From an uncultured Burkholderiales bacterium (GTDB lineage: Bacteria > Pseudomonadota > Gammaproteobacteria > Burkholderiales > Burkholderiaceae_C), in NCBI GenBank assembly GCA_903876885.1, contig CAIRBP010000049.1:25-64024 (forward strand): a stretch of DNA of 64,000 nt, read 5' to 3'. This document shows, one piece after another, positions 33,024 through 43,678 of the stretch. The notes below the pieces were generated by a model. That model had not been told where the DNA came from. It did no database searches and saw only the letters and a list, made by a program, of their open reading frames with translations. Numbering within the stretch: position 1 is the first letter of the stretch; each line of letters begins with the position of its first letter. The translations under genes were made by a program, and so were the position numbers.

Positions 33024-33896
33024 ATGCGCGAATTCTCTAGCCTCATAGTTGAACCATCATTGATTGCATTGATATCGTGGTGGTTTGGCACGGGCATCAT
33101 TTTGCTCTTGGTTCGACTGCCTAAGGAGTGGTTTTCTTCTGCAAGATTTTTTTGGAGTCTTATAAGCGTTCCAGCTTTATTTTTCTCTTTCCAGTCAATG
33201 CAGGAAAATTCAACCTCTAATGCATACCTTGGATTCATCAGTACGATAGTACTGTGGGGCTGGCATGAACTCGCATTTTTAACGGGTTGGATAACAGGAT
33301 CAAGAAAAATTTCTTTGGACACAGGGTTAAGTTTTTTGAATAGATTCAAACAATCGGTTCAAGTTATTTGGCACCATGAATTAGCATTATTTTTGAATTT
33401 ACTGCTACTGGCTGCAATGCAGGTTGGAAATCCTAATCACACTTCGGTTTGTACATTTGGTCTTTTATGGTTAATGCGTCTAAGTTCTAAACTCAACTTA
33501 TTTTTTGGTGTCCCCCAAGTCGGTGAAAAATATTTACCAACCCAATTAGTCTACATGGGAAGTTATTTTCGTAAACAAGCTGTAGGCTTATTCTTTTACT
33601 TCTCTATGAGCATATCTGTAGTTGCTTGGTTAGCTTTAGTTTGGCAAGCCCATGAGGGACAAGTAGCGATTACGATCCACTGGGTCTTATTGGCCAGTTT
33701 ATTAGGACTCGCAATCATTGAACATATCTTAATGATGATCCCCTTATCACTTGAGAGAGTCTGGGGATGGGCGCTTAAAAATAGCGATACACAACTCGGT
33801 AGTGAAACCCCGACTATTCACAGATTCGATGACCCGATTATTACAAGTATTTCAAAACCAAGCTTAGTGGTTGGCAGTGCAATGGAAACAAAATAA
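33024..33896 (+). CDS. puhE: Photosynthetic complex assembly protein PuhE
   Basis: WWF.TG.IL, WGWHELAFLTG, R.SSKLNLF.GVP, EH. Confidence 0.92.
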   Translation: MREFSSLIVEPSLIALISWWFGTGIILLLVRLPKEWFSSARFFWSLISVPALFFSFQSMQENSTSNAYLGFISTIVLWGWHELAFLTGWITGSRKISLDTGLSFLNRFKQSVQVIWHHELALFLNLLLLAAMQVGNPNHTSVCTFGLLWLMRLSSKLNLFFGVPQVGEKYLPTQLVYMGSYFRKQAVGLFFYFSMSISVVAWLALVWQAHEGQVAITIHWVLLASLLGLAIIEHILMMIPLSLERVWGWALKNSDTQLGSETPTIHRFDDPIITSISKPSLVVGSAMETK

Positions 33897-33918
33897 AGCC
33901 GATAACGATCACAAACTT

Positions 33919-35550
33919 ATGCTTACTAAAAACATCATCGAAAATAACTCAGAATTAAGATCTAATGAACAGATCATACATTCATACAACTCGTTTAGTC
34001 ATCAGGCTCCAAACGATAAAAGACCTAAGGCCCTAGTTATTGGCGCGGGATTTGGTGGATTAGCTAGTGCAATACGCCTAAGCGCTAGGGGTTATAAAGT
34101 TGAGATATTGGAAAAACTTGATGCGCCAGGTGGTCGTGCCTATGTTCACCACCAAGACGGATTTACTTTTGATGCTGGCCCAACAATTATTACTGCCCCA
34201 TTCTTGTTAGAGGAACTTTGGGAGTTATGTGGGAAGAAAATGTCTGACTATGTGACACTAAAGGAGATGTCCCCCTTTTATAAAATTCGGTTTTATAACG
34301 GGCAAACTTTTGACTATAGTGGCGACACTGAGGCCATGTGCAAGGAGATCGCAAAATTCGATTCTAAAGATATTCCTGGCTATCACCGACTTATGCAAGC
34401 CGCAGACAAATGTAAACACCTTGGCTTTGAAAAAATGGGTGATGTTGCTTTTGATGGATATACAGATCTTTTAAAAGCCCTGCCCTCTTTTACAAGAATG
34501 AGAGCCTGGAATAGTCTGTATAGCTTAGTTGCTGAGCACATTAAACACCCACTCCTACGAGTAGCCTTTAGTTTTCACCCTTTACTAATCGGTGGCAATC
34601 CATTTAGTGTGACTTGTGCTTATTCTCTTATACATTCGCTAGAGAAGACCTGGGGTGTGCATTCAGCGATTGGGGGTACTGGTGCGATTGTGAAAGGACT
34701 CGTAGAACTTTTAGAGGGTCTAGGCGTTCAGATCAGGTATAACTCTTCGGTTAAACAAATTTGCATTGAAAACGGGAAAGCTTGCGGAGTAGAGCTTGAG
34801 TGTAATGATGCCAGCACAAGTCAATCTACTAATCTAAGGAAAAGTAATGCTGCTGAGCGTTTACAGGCCGATATTGTTGTCTGTAACACAGATTCAGCTT
34901 GGACATACAAATACCTAATCGCACCAGAGCACAGAAAGCATTGGAAAGACAAGCGAATAGAAAAGGGACAATATTCGATGGGGCTATTTGTTTGGTACTT
35001 TGGAACAGACCGAAAGTACCCTGAAGTACCTCACCATATGATGCTTTTGACAAAGCGCTATAAAGAGTTATTGAATGACATATTCAAAAAACATCACTTA
35101 GCAGAGGACTTTAGTCTGTATTTGCATAGACCGACCGCGACGGACCCCTCGGTCGCTCCTGAGGGTTGTGACACATTTTATGCTCTGGCGCCTGTCCCCA
35201 ATTTAGATAGTCAAACAAACTGGCCTGAGAAGAGTGAGGAATTCAGAAAAGCGATTGAGGAGCACTTGGAATCGACTGTGTTGAAAGACTTAAGTAAACA
35301 CATAGTAACCTCTAAAGTTACAACACCTTTGGATTTTCAAAACCGGCTTTACTCCTACAAGGGGGCAGGATTTGGTCTTGAACCATTGCTAACGCAAAGT
35401 GCAGTTTTTCGCCCTCACAACAGAAGTGAGGATATTGCGGGTTTATTTATGGTGGGTGCAAGCACCCACCCCGGAGCAGGAGTGCCCGGGGTCTTGATGT
35501 CAGCAAAAGCATTAGAGAAGGTGATTTCCCATGCTTCAACAATACGATAA
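33919..35550 (+). CDS. crtI: Phytoene desaturase (start uncertain)
   Basis: IGAGFGGLA, FDAGPTIITAP, GASTHPGAGVPGV. Confidence 0.95.
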   Translation: MLTKNIIENNSELRSNEQIIHSYNSFSHQAPNDKRPKALVIGAGFGGLASAIRLSARGYKVEILEKLDAPGGRAYVHHQDGFTFDAGPTIITAPFLLEELWELCGKKMSDYVTLKEMSPFYKIRFYNGQTFDYSGDTEAMCKEIAKFDSKDIPGYHRLMQAADKCKHLGFEKMGDVAFDGYTDLLKALPSFTRMRAWNSLYSLVAEHIKHPLLRVAFSFHPLLIGGNPFSVTCAYSLIHSLEKTWGVHSAIGGTGAIVKGLVELLEGLGVQIRYNSSVKQICIENGKACGVELECNDASTSQSTNLRKSNAAERLQADIVVCNTDSAWTYKYLIAPEHRKHWKDKRIEKGQYSMGLFVWYFGTDRKYPEVPHHMMLLTKRYKELLNDIFKKHHLAEDFSLYLHRPTATDPSVAPEGCDTFYALAPVPNLDSQTNWPEKSEEFRKAIEEHLESTVLKDLSKHIVTSKVTTPLDFQNRLYSYKGAGFGLEPLLTQSAVFRPHNRSEDIAGLFMVGASTHPGAGVPGVLMSAKALEKVISHASTIR

Positions 35551-36664
35551 AAATACAGTTAACTTACGAGACTTTGATGAGTGTGTCTCACTCATGCGAG
35601 GTGGATCAAAGACATTTTTTGCTGCAAGCAGACTTCTACCGAAAAGAGTCAGGCAAGCATCGGTAGCTCTTTACGCTTTTTGCCGAGTCGCCGATGACTT
35701 AGTTGATAACTCCAAAAATCCTGCATTTAGCTTGGAGCAATTAGAGCGTCGACTTGATCTTATTTATTCACAAGAACCGATGGACTTTATTGAAGATCAT
35801 GCTTTGTCCCACGTGGTTCATCAGTTTAAGCTTCCCCGCCCCCTTTTGGACGCACTAATGGAGGGATTTAAGTGGGATACACAGATTAGGTTTTATCCAA
35901 ATATTGAAGCCGTACATGATTATGGCGCTCGAGTAGCGGGAAGCGTTGGAGCAATGATGAGTTGGATTATGGGGGCTAGAAATCCCAGCACTCTAGCTCG
36001 AGCTTGTGAGCTTGGGGTTGCTATGCAGCTTACTAATATCGCTCGAGATGTTGGTGAAGATGCTCGAAACGGGCGACTGTACTTACCCCTTGATTGGCTA
36101 CAAAAAGAGGGAATTGATCCAGCCCAATGGTTGAAAAATCCAACTCTTAGCGTGGGTATCCAAAACGTTGTTGCTAAATTACTAAACGAAGCAGACCGAC
36201 TATATAAAAAATCAAGTGTTGGTGTTGCTGATTTAGCCCCCGAGTACCGAGCAGCAATTTTCGCTGCAAGATTGATTTACGCAGAAATTGGCCAATACCT
36301 TAGAGCAGATAACTGCGATTCAGTGAATCGTCGCAGCGTGGTACCTTTTAGTCGAAAACTTTGGCTGTTGATTCAAGCAAAGATTCAGGCTCCATGGATA
36401 ACAATACCAAAGAGTCCACCAGCGGCTCTAGACGCAATAGCATACTTGGTTAACGCCTGTGAGGAGCACTGCGCAATTTACAATTTGAAGCACGAGGGCT
36501 TTCCAAATAGAGGATTTCCACAAAGAGTTGAATGGGTGCTTGAATTAATTGAACGCAGACTTGAAGATCAAGAAAATCAACTTGGTAGAACTTTTGAACA
36601 ACAATCATCTAGAGTTTTTCAAAACATGTCTGGCGCCGTTAATACAGCCGATTTGCGTAGTTAG
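35531..36664 (+). CDS. crtB: Phytoene synthase
   Basis: GSKTFFAAS, YAFCRVADDLVD, MQLTNIARDVGED. Confidence 0.96.
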   Translation: MLQQYDKNTVNLRDFDECVSLMRGGSKTFFAASRLLPKRVRQASVALYAFCRVADDLVDNSKNPAFSLEQLERRLDLIYSQEPMDFIEDHALSHVVHQFKLPRPLLDALMEGFKWDTQIRFYPNIEAVHDYGARVAGSVGAMMSWIMGARNPSTLARACELGVAMQLTNIARDVGEDARNGRLYLPLDWLQKEGIDPAQWLKNPTLSVGIQNVVAKLLNEADRLYKKSSVGVADLAPEYRAAIFAARLIYAEIGQYLRADNCDSVNRRSVVPFSRKLWLLIQAKIQAPWITIPKSPPAALDAIAYLVNACEEHCAIYNLKHEGFPNRGFPQRVEWVLELIERRLEDQENQLGRTFEQQSSRVFQNMSGAVNTADLRS

Positions 36665-36670
36665 TATGTA

Positions 36671-37996
36671 TTAATGCAATTTAACATGAGGCTCAGTCCT
36701 TTTTGTTATCAATCTAGCCAATGTATCTAATAAGACTTTAAAGAAACCGTGTAATGCGAATTCGTGCATTTTGTATAAAGATATATACATCATCTTTGCA
36801 AAATATCCCTGAATCATCATATTCTCACCAATAAGTCCCCCCATCATGCTTCCAACGGTGCTAAATTCACCAAGTGAGACTAAGGATCCAAAATCTTTAT
36901 AGTGGTAAGGCTTCAAAGTTTTGTTAGCCATACGAAGTTTTATTTGCTTGACCATATGACTAGCTTGTTGGTGAGCAGCTTGAGCGCGAGGGGGAACAAA
37001 CTGACTTTGGCTCTTCTTCGCATTGATCCATGGGCAAGCAGCGCAATCTCCCATAGCAAATATATTTTCATCCTTAGTTGTTTGTAGCGTTGGGAGAACA
37101 ACAAGTTGATTAATATGATTTGTATCTAATCCATCTAAATTTTTCAAATAATCTGCCGCCTTAACACCTGCAGCCCAAACCACTAGTTCAGAGTTCAAGG
37201 TCCGCCCATCCTTTAGTTTTACGCCAACAGGAGAAACTTCACTTACCAATGAATTAGTAAGAACTGATACGCCTAGGCTAGTAAGCAAGGAATGCGTTGC
37301 TAAAGAGAGTTGCTCACTAAGGGCGGGCAAGATTCTTGGTGCAGCTTCTATTACGGTAACTTTAATGTCTTTTTTAGGATCAATCCTGTCTAATCCGTAG
37401 GACACGACCTCACGGGTAGTTCTGTTAAGTTCTGCGGCTAATTCGACCCCTGTCGCACCAGCACCAATGATTGCCACATGCAATTGACTCTCTTTTATAG
37501 ACTCAGGTTGGTAATGCGCCTTTATGCAAGCATTGACCATTTTTGAATGGAAATTTTTTGCATCAACCTGATTCTCCAACCTTAGCGCGTATTCGTTAAC
37601 ACCAGGAGTACCAAAATCATTGCTTAAACTGCCAACACATATAACCAAAGTATCGTAACTGATACTTTGGGGTGGAGTCACCTCAGTTCCAGAGTCGTCT
37701 AAGTACGGGGAGAGATAAACCTCTTTTTTCGACCTATCAATTGAGTTCATCTCTCCAATACGAAAAGTGAAATGATGCCAATGACCTTGGGCTATGTAGT
37801 TGACCTCATGATCACCAAAGTCCATGCTACCGGAGGCAATCTCGTGCAACTTGGGTTTCCAAATATGGGTTCTGTTTTTATCGACTAAAGTGATATGTGC
37901 TTTTTGTAATTTACCCAGAGTATCACCAAGCTTTGTGGCTAACTCTAAACCTCCAGCACCACCTCCCACAATCACAACTCTATGCATATGATTCAT
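36671..37996 (-). CDS. ndh: Type II NADH:quinone oxidoreductase (start approximate)
   Basis: GGGAGG FAD loop, WKPKLHE, GAGATGVE NADH loop, VWAAG, GDCA, AQAAHQ, Y.DFGSLVSLG. Confidence 0.88.
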   Translation of the reverse strand: MNHMHRVVIVGGGAGGLELATKLGDTLGKLQKAHITLVDKNRTHIWKPKLHEIASGSMDFGDHEVNYIAQGHWHHFTFRIGEMNSIDRSKKEVYLSPYLDDSGTEVTPPQSISYDTLVICVGSLSNDFGTPGVNEYALRLENQVDAKNFHSKMVNACIKAHYQPESIKESQLHVAIIGAGATGVELAAELNRTTREVVSYGLDRIDPKKDIKVTVIEAAPRILPALSEQLSLATHSLLTSLGVSVLTNSLVSEVSPVGVKLKDGRTLNSELVVWAAGVKAADYLKNLDGLDTNHINQLVVLPTLQTTKDENIFAMGDCAACPWINAKKSQSQFVPPRAQAAHQQASHMVKQIKLRMANKTLKPYHYKDFGSLVSLGEFSTVGSMMGGLIGENMMIQGYFAKMMYISLYKMHEFALHGFFKVLLDTLARLITKRTEPHVKLH

Positions 37997-38095
37997 TAGA
38001 CACAACATTTATATTTAGAAAAATTACTGTTGATTTTTTTCTCGGAAAATAAAAAATCAACTATCAAAAAACTTTATATTCTCACTCTACCTTAC

Positions 38096-39331
38096 TTAGT
38101 CAACGCTTGAACGAATCGCATGATTAAGTCTTGGCATTCGCCAAGGTAGCAACGATTGCACCCACCTGGAGTTAAAGCGTGTTGCGTTTAAAGTTTCATG
38201 AAAAGATTTCACATTTTCACCCAAAATTTGATTTTCTATGACTGCTCTTTGATAAAAAGGAGTGTCCTCTAGTTGATCAATATTTCCAAGTGAACACTCA
38301 CTACGCAATCGCCTTGAAATACCCCAGACGGTCTTGGGAATCAATTGACGTGGTGGGGCTTGAAAACTCTCAATGATCCCGTTTTTTAAAAACCTAAGTG
38401 CTAAAACATTAGCATCATCTTCGGGAAATTGACAATCGTACACAACCGTACACGAACCATCTGACATGTGCCCTCGACTCCAGTCCCACTCTGTAAAAGC
38501 ATTTGCTATAGGCTCCACTCCTTCGTTTGAGTCCACGTAAGCTTGACCACTCCAAGATTGAGCAGGATTACTTAAATTAACCTTAACTCTAGAAATCGGT
38601 GCTATTGGTCCCCAGTGATGTCGAGCCTTAGGGTCTAGGGGTGTTGAGAAGTTAAAAAGATATTCAGGATAGACACTTACACGACCTTTAATTTTTTTAA
38701 ATATAGGTACTGCCCATTCATCAATGTCAATGTGCAAAGCCTGTCCATCCCAATGCACAGCAGATGGGCCTATTACAAACTCTTTAGCCCCCCGTTTAAC
38801 GCTCTCTTGGGGTCGCTCGGTCATGCTCCAGTACTTCCCCTTGGGCGTGTACAAAGCTACATTTAATGCACAATGATTCATCGCTAAAGGGTTTGCTCCT
38901 TTGCGAATAGCTTTCGCATAATAGGGGGAGAATACACTTCCAACAAAAGCGATCAAACTTAAACCAAATTGGCCATCATCACTCAACGCATCAACGTACC
39001 ACCAAAGATAACCGCCAGAATTTACTACCTGGTCAAACCGAGGTGAACCATCGCTGCTGCGCCCGCCAATCGCCCCGACATTGCCGCCATCGGTAGACCC
39101 GGCCCTGGGTGCACACTCCCCCCCGCCAGAAATAGGCCTTGAATCGGGGTTTTTGCTTGGGACCTGGTGAATACTTGCATCCATCCGTGAGTCGCTTGCC
39201 CATATAGGGCTCCCCCTGTGGCTGGAAATAGTTGATGAAAATCCCGAGGAAGTGTTTGAATGGTGCGCGCTGGGTCCATTTCTAGTTGCAGGCCACAGCG
39301 TTTGATTAAAGAAAAGGTTGCTGTCTCGCAT
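38096..39331 (-). CDS. crtC: Hydroxyneurosporene synthase (carotenoid 1,2-hydratase); 5' part overlaps crtD, start uncertain
   Basis: GGYLWWYVDALSDDG, IAFVGSVFSPYY, HHWGPIAP, DSNEG.EP, EDTPFY.R, LLPWRMPR. Confidence 0.92.
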   Translation of the reverse strand: MRDSNLFFNQTLWPATRNGPSAHHSNTSSGFSSTISSHRGSPIWASDSRMDASIHQVPSKNPDSRPISGGGECAPRAGSTDGGNVGAIGGRSSDGSPRFDQVVNSGGYLWWYVDALSDDGQFGLSLIAFVGSVFSPYYAKAIRKGANPLAMNHCALNVALYTPKGKYWSMTERPQESVKRGAKEFVIGPSAVHWDGQALHIDIDEWAVPIFKKIKGRVSVYPEYLFNFSTPLDPKARHHWGPIAPISRVKVNLSNPAQSWSGQAYVDSNEGVEPIANAFTEWDWSRGHMSDGSCTVVYDCQFPEDDANVLALRFLKNGIIESFQAPPRQLIPKTVWGISRRLRSECSLGNIDQLEDTPFYQRAVIENQILGENVKSFHETLNATRFNSRWVQSLLPWRMPRLNHAIRSSVD

Positions 39332-40650
39332 GCACGTAACTCCTCTTTTGTGAATGTGCGTTTATCCCCATTTGCTGGTGCATTTACCAAACAAAAGATA
39401 GATTCATTTGAACTAAAGGAATCCGAATTTGTGTTGTTACTGCTAAATCCACGTTCTTGTGCACATATATACACAGTTGGTGTAGTCGGTAATTTCTTAT
39501 CTACGAAAATATCTTTAAATTCGTTTGCATAATTATTATCAAAAAATACATTATGTCTATCCAATTTAAAACGCTCTTGATTCACCCTACACTTCATACT
39601 CCAAGTTACAGCAGATAAAGAGCGTTCTTTGTTGGATTGCAAAGGCATTTGAGTTTGCAGCTCTGAGCCCAATAATCCTGAGTTGAGGGCCTCAACGTCA
39701 CCGTTAAATATCACGGCATTTGAACTAAGTCTCTCCCCTTTGTCGGTTTGAACTCCAACTACAGCACCAGACTTTAATTCAATTAGAGAGCAACTTGTTT
39801 GATATTGAAAGCGAACCCCCTTTAGCAAACACTGTTTCTCAATTGCTTTTGCTAGTGATCTCATGCCTCCTTTAACAGACCAAACACCATCCATCTCGAC
39901 TTGAGCAATCAACATCAAAGTGGCGGGAGCACTCCATGGAGAAGAACCGCAATAAGTTGCATATCTGGCAAACAGTTGTCGTAGCCTTTGATCCTTAAAG
40001 TATCCCCCCAAACTATCCCACAAGGTACGCATTGGTCCTATGCTGGCAAGCATAGCCAAACCTCTGGGTCCTAGTGAGAAAGCAAGCTTCTTGGCACTAG
40101 GAGAGGCTTCGCGGATTATGGGTGCCTCTAAAGCTTTATAAAGGCTTTTGGCACTTTGACAAAATTGATTGAATCTACGAAGCTCAGCTGAGCCAGCAAA
40201 TTGCCCTACAGACTCTTGATTTTGTGCCGCATCCGCATAAAGGGTAAGTTGCTCTGCGCCCTCGTCTGCACTCCAGGCATGACGCGCTAAAACGTTGAGC
40301 TTAGAGAGCTCAAGTTCAGTATCCAGATCTGCTCCAATTGAAGCAAAGAGTTCCTCAAAAACCCATTTCATGGTGAGTACGGTCGGTCCACTATCAATCC
40401 CAACTTCTTCAAATACCTTAGCGCCAGAACCAAGACCCGATGCATCTGGCCAGAGTTGCCTCATCTTGCCCCCACAATCTGCGTGCGACTCAAGAACTGT
40501 CACATCCGCTCCTGCATGTGAGAGTATGAGCGCGCTTACCAATCCACCCATACCAGCGCCAACTACAACGACCTTTGGGTTTTCTTTTATCGATATGTTG
40601 CGGATATCAACAGATTTTGATGGACTATTAATATTTTTCATACTAAACAT
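39025..40650 (-). CDS. crtD: 1-hydroxycarotenoid 3,4-desaturase
   Basis: VGAGMGGL, DSGPTVLTM, ARYATYCGSSP, GGSVHPGPG.PMA. Confidence 0.94.
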   Translation of the reverse strand: MFSMKNINSPSKSVDIRNISIKENPKVVVVGAGMGGLVSALILSHAGADVTVLESHADCGGKMRQLWPDASGLGSGAKVFEEVGIDSGPTVLTMKWVFEELFASIGADLDTELELSKLNVLARHAWSADEGAEQLTLYADAAQNQESVGQFAGSAELRRFNQFCQSAKSLYKALEAPIIREASPSAKKLAFSLGPRGLAMLASIGPMRTLWDSLGGYFKDQRLRQLFARYATYCGSSPWSAPATLMLIAQVEMDGVWSVKGGMRSLAKAIEKQCLLKGVRFQYQTSCSLIELKSGAVVGVQTDKGERLSSNAVIFNGDVEALNSGLLGSELQTQMPLQSNKERSLSAVTWSMKCRVNQERFKLDRHNVFFDNNYANEFKDIFVDKKLPTTPTVYICAQERGFSSNNTNSDSFSSNESIFCLVNAPANGDKRTFTKEELRACETATFSLIKRCGLQLEMDPARTIQTLPRDFHQLFPATGGALYGQATHGWMQVFTRSQAKTPIQGLFLAGGSVHPGPGLPMAAMSGRLAGAAAMVHLGLTR

Positions 40651-40661
40651 TTAATGAGTGA

Positions 40662-41444
40662 TTAAACGTTCTGGACAAGTTGCTTGATCATGTTGCTACT
40701 TGAGCTGAATGCGCGCCCTTTCCAATCTCCTTGCATCTGCAATACTTGCATACGCACAAACATTGATTCGGTAAAAAAGGAGTGTTTCTTAGCTGCGGCG
40801 ATTGCTTTTTGATGCGCACCCTGATGAGCGTAATCAATTAAAGATTTAGTATCTCTCCATAAACTAAAGGTGCACTGTCTTAGTAACGGCGCTTCTCCAA
40901 GCCCTATCGCTAACTCGCAACCCGGAGCCTTTTCTAAATCAATTTGAGCAGGCGGAGCATACCGCCAAAAAGAAACAGCCTTCGCAGCTCGAATACTACC
41001 TCTTGTAAGAGATGCAACAGGGCCTTGGTAAGCGCTGTGTGTGATTGGGTCTAAAACTCCATCACTCGACCAAGATTGTGAACTCCAAGATCCACGACAG
41101 GAGTCGACAAGCATCAACCCCTCCCAACATTCACGAGCCTTTTCTCTATAAAGCCTAATTTCAGCGCAAAGTAAACAATCCTGAGCATTATTTAGGGAAT
41201 CAAAAACAAAGATAAGACCTTGGTGAGTAGAGCTTGGTCTTAGTCCAAAACCACCATCCTCGCCTGAGCCCATAACTTTTGCAAATAAAAGTCCGGGGAG
41301 AGTCTTATAAAAATTATTTGTGCCTTGGATCAATTTCAGCCAGGCCCAAGAACGATGTTGAATTTGAAAATCGAATAATAAAATAACTACAACGCCATTT
41401 AAAATGGAATTCGAAGTGGTTTTATCATTTTTTTGTGTTGGCAT
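40662..41444 (-). CDS. crtA: Spheroidene monooxygenase
   Basis: F.KVMGSG..GGF, LTRGSIR, GLGEAPLLRQCTFSLW, H..A, FTESMFVR. Confidence 0.9.
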   Translation of the reverse strand: MPTQKNDKTTSNSILNGVVVILLFDFQIQHRSWAWLKLIQGTNNFYKTLPGLLFAKVMGSGEDGGFGLRPSSTHQGLIFVFDSLNNAQDCLLCAEIRLYREKARECWEGLMLVDSCRGSWSSQSWSSDGVLDPITHSAYQGPVASLTRGSIRAAKAVSFWRYAPPAQIDLEKAPGCELAIGLGEAPLLRQCTFSLWRDTKSLIDYAHQGAHQKAIAAAKKHSFFTESMFVRMQVLQMQGDWKGRAFSSSSNMIKQLVQNV

Positions 41445-41540
41445 GTTTGTTAAAAATCATAAACAACACGGGTCGATCCTAAAAGAAGACTAGACGCGAG
41501 TTAGTCATGATGAATATCATTTAGAAATACTCACGTAACA

Positions 41541-41575
41541 ATAAAAATGTTGGACACAGCAACGTGTCCAACATT
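41541..41575 (-). terminator. Terminator of the puf operon
   Basis: Perfect 12-bp inverted repeat AATGTTGGACAC-N6-GTGTCCAACATT with a T run on the minus strand, just after the pufC stop. Confidence 0.8.
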
Positions 41576-41587
41576 AACAAATTTCAA

Positions 41588-42631
41588 TTATTTCTTAGCA
41601 ACCTTGGCATCAAGATTGAGAGCTGTTATGGCTCTCAGCTCCGGATAGTCCTTAGACATCTGAGCACCGTTCAACGGCTTATAAACACCTTGGTGACAAG
41701 TAGCGCAATAAACCTTTGCGACATCACCCGTTTCACCCAATCGGTGAGCGGGGAAAGCGCTCTGAAGTGGTTCCATGTATTGCAAGTTGAGATCGCGCAC
41801 CATACGAATTCCGTACCAAGCTGTTACTCGTTGGGGCGGATTTCCCTCCCAACTCGAAAAAGATCTTGTATTGTGACAGTACGTACAATTAACGCCAAGG
41901 GATGTGGCCATATGAGTCATAAGACCATAGGTCCATTCCGCTTGCTTAATGGAGTGTTTATTACCATTAGGTAAGGCCGTTACACCTCCTACACGAATGT
42001 CTTGAGCCCCCAGTAAAAATGGAGTAAACGGATCGTTAGGCAAGGAAGCAAGACCTACACTTTGAGCGGGCTCATTTTGGCCGGCCTTATCGCCAATAAA
42101 GTTAGCTCCGGCTGGAGTAGGATCACGTTTGAACCATACTTGCTGGGGAATATTGTTCCCACGATGACAGGTATAACAAGTAACACCCGTGTTGGCAACG
42201 TGACTTGTCCAATTTACGTTTAGATTCTGAGTCATCTGAATCATACGTCTTGCAACAACTTTCGTATATTTACTATCTTCTGCAAAATTTGCTGGGTTAT
42301 GACAGTAAACACAACCTTCATTAGGTGCAATCCAAGAGGCCATTGAAACCATCAAACGTGTGAACTGAGCAGATGAAAGACCTCCAAGTACTTGTACGTT
42401 TTTATACACTTGACTTGCGCGCGGTCCATCTGTTGGTGCTGCAGGTAAGGCAAAGGGTACGGCGTTATTTTCAGCCTTAGCCTCTACGATCCTTGGGTTG
42501 TAAATTTCTACCATCCCGGTTCCTCTGTATCCGTGTTGAATACTGTCCATGGGAGGACGCTCACAACCTGAGAGGAGGAGTAACAAACCTAAGCTTGCAA
42601 CTGAGAGAATTTTAATCATGACCGATCTCAT
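41588..42631 (-). CDS. pufC: RC-bound tetraheme cytochrome c
   Basis: Lipobox LSGC; four CxxCH motifs (CVYCH, CYTCH, CTYCH, CATCH). Confidence 0.97.
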   Translation of the reverse strand: MRSVMIKILSVASLGLLLLLSGCERPPMDSIQHGYRGTGMVEIYNPRIVEAKAENNAVPFALPAAPTDGPRASQVYKNVQVLGGLSSAQFTRLMVSMASWIAPNEGCVYCHNPANFAEDSKYTKVVARRMIQMTQNLNVNWTSHVANTGVTCYTCHRGNNIPQQVWFKRDPTPAGANFIGDKAGQNEPAQSVGLASLPNDPFTPFLLGAQDIRVGGVTALPNGNKHSIKQAEWTYGLMTHMATSLGVNCTYCHNTRSFSSWEGNPPQRVTAWYGIRMVRDLNLQYMEPLQSAFPAHRLGETGDVAKVYCATCHQGVYKPLNGAQMSKDYPELRAITALNLDAKVAKK

Positions 42632-43605
42632 GGTTTAGCCCCTTGAAGTGTTGCAGGATCAATGACATTGGGAAACACAGCTGGGTAAGGTGGTGCTACG
42701 CCGTGTTTTACAGCCCACAAATACCAGTTATCGACCACAGTTCCTGTCAACAATATTCCTATTCCGCCTACCAAAGGGCATAACACCGCAAACCACCAAG
42801 CCCAACGGTGAATTGACTCCATAGTTGCGTTAAAGCCCATGGTCCATCTCCAAAATAAAGCCGCCCGTTCAGAGGCCGTTCCCCTGTCAACGATTTGCTC
42901 AATCTCTCGCTCGCCCCCGTAGCGCCCTACCGCTAATATGGTTGCTCCATGCATTGCAAAAAGCAATACAGATCCATACAGAAAAACAATAGATAGCGCG
43001 TGAAAGGGGTTATAAAAAAGATTTCCATATCTAAGCGAGAAAGCAGCAGTCCAGTCCAGGTGTGGGAAGATGCCAAAAGGCACAGCCTCACACCAGCATC
43101 CCATAAGGACGGGTCTAAAAAAACCGAGCACTAGAAAAAGCCATATCGCACCTGTAAATGCCCAAGGAACGTGTGTTCCAAGTCCGAGTTGTCTTGCTCG
43201 TCGATATGTCCTTACCCACCACAACAAAATTGATATCGTTAAGAATAACCCTGACATCAACCACCAACCACCCTGGTTTAGTGGAGGGATATGAAGCCCG
43301 TAGACTGGAGCTGGTGGCTCAAGCGCCAGCCAAAATAATTGTTTTACAAACTGGATCGGGCTGAAATTAACCGACGCCAGCATATTCATACCCATAATAT
43401 TGATGGACAAAATTCCGAATACTAACGAAGCAAGTCCCACACTACCCAAATACACAGGCCCAATTTGAGCGTTACCTATACGCCCAGCAAGGTGCAGGAA
43501 AAAAGGTTTAATTAACCGAGGATCATTACCTTTTGGTAAGGGTATGCCTTCGCTAATGGGGCCCGCCACTTGTACGGCAGTGAACAGATTTTGATATTGA
43601 GCCAT
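42628..43605 (-). CDS. pufM: Reaction centre M subunit
   Basis: [37 protein letters not shown]. Confidence 0.98.
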   Translation of the reverse strand: MAQYQNLFTAVQVAGPISEGIPLPKGNDPRLIKPFFLHLAGRIGNAQIGPVYLGSVGLASLVFGILSINIMGMNMLASVNFSPIQFVKQLFWLALEPPAPVYGLHIPPLNQGGWWLMSGLFLTISILLWWVRTYRRARQLGLGTHVPWAFTGAIWLFLVLGFFRPVLMGCWCEAVPFGIFPHLDWTAAFSLRYGNLFYNPFHALSIVFLYGSVLLFAMHGATILAVGRYGGEREIEQIVDRGTASERAALFWRWTMGFNATMESIHRWAWWFAVLCPLVGGIGILLTGTVVDNWYLWAVKHGVAPPYPAVFPNVIDPATLQGAKP

Positions 43606-43678
43606 ACTCGAATTCCTTTAAATCTTTTTATCCTATTATTTGCTTACTGACTTTAGATCTATCTGTATCTATTTATGG

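Noticed and set aside
41564-41974. 136-aa plus-strand ORF
   Set aside because: Antisense to pufC and starts inside the terminator hairpin
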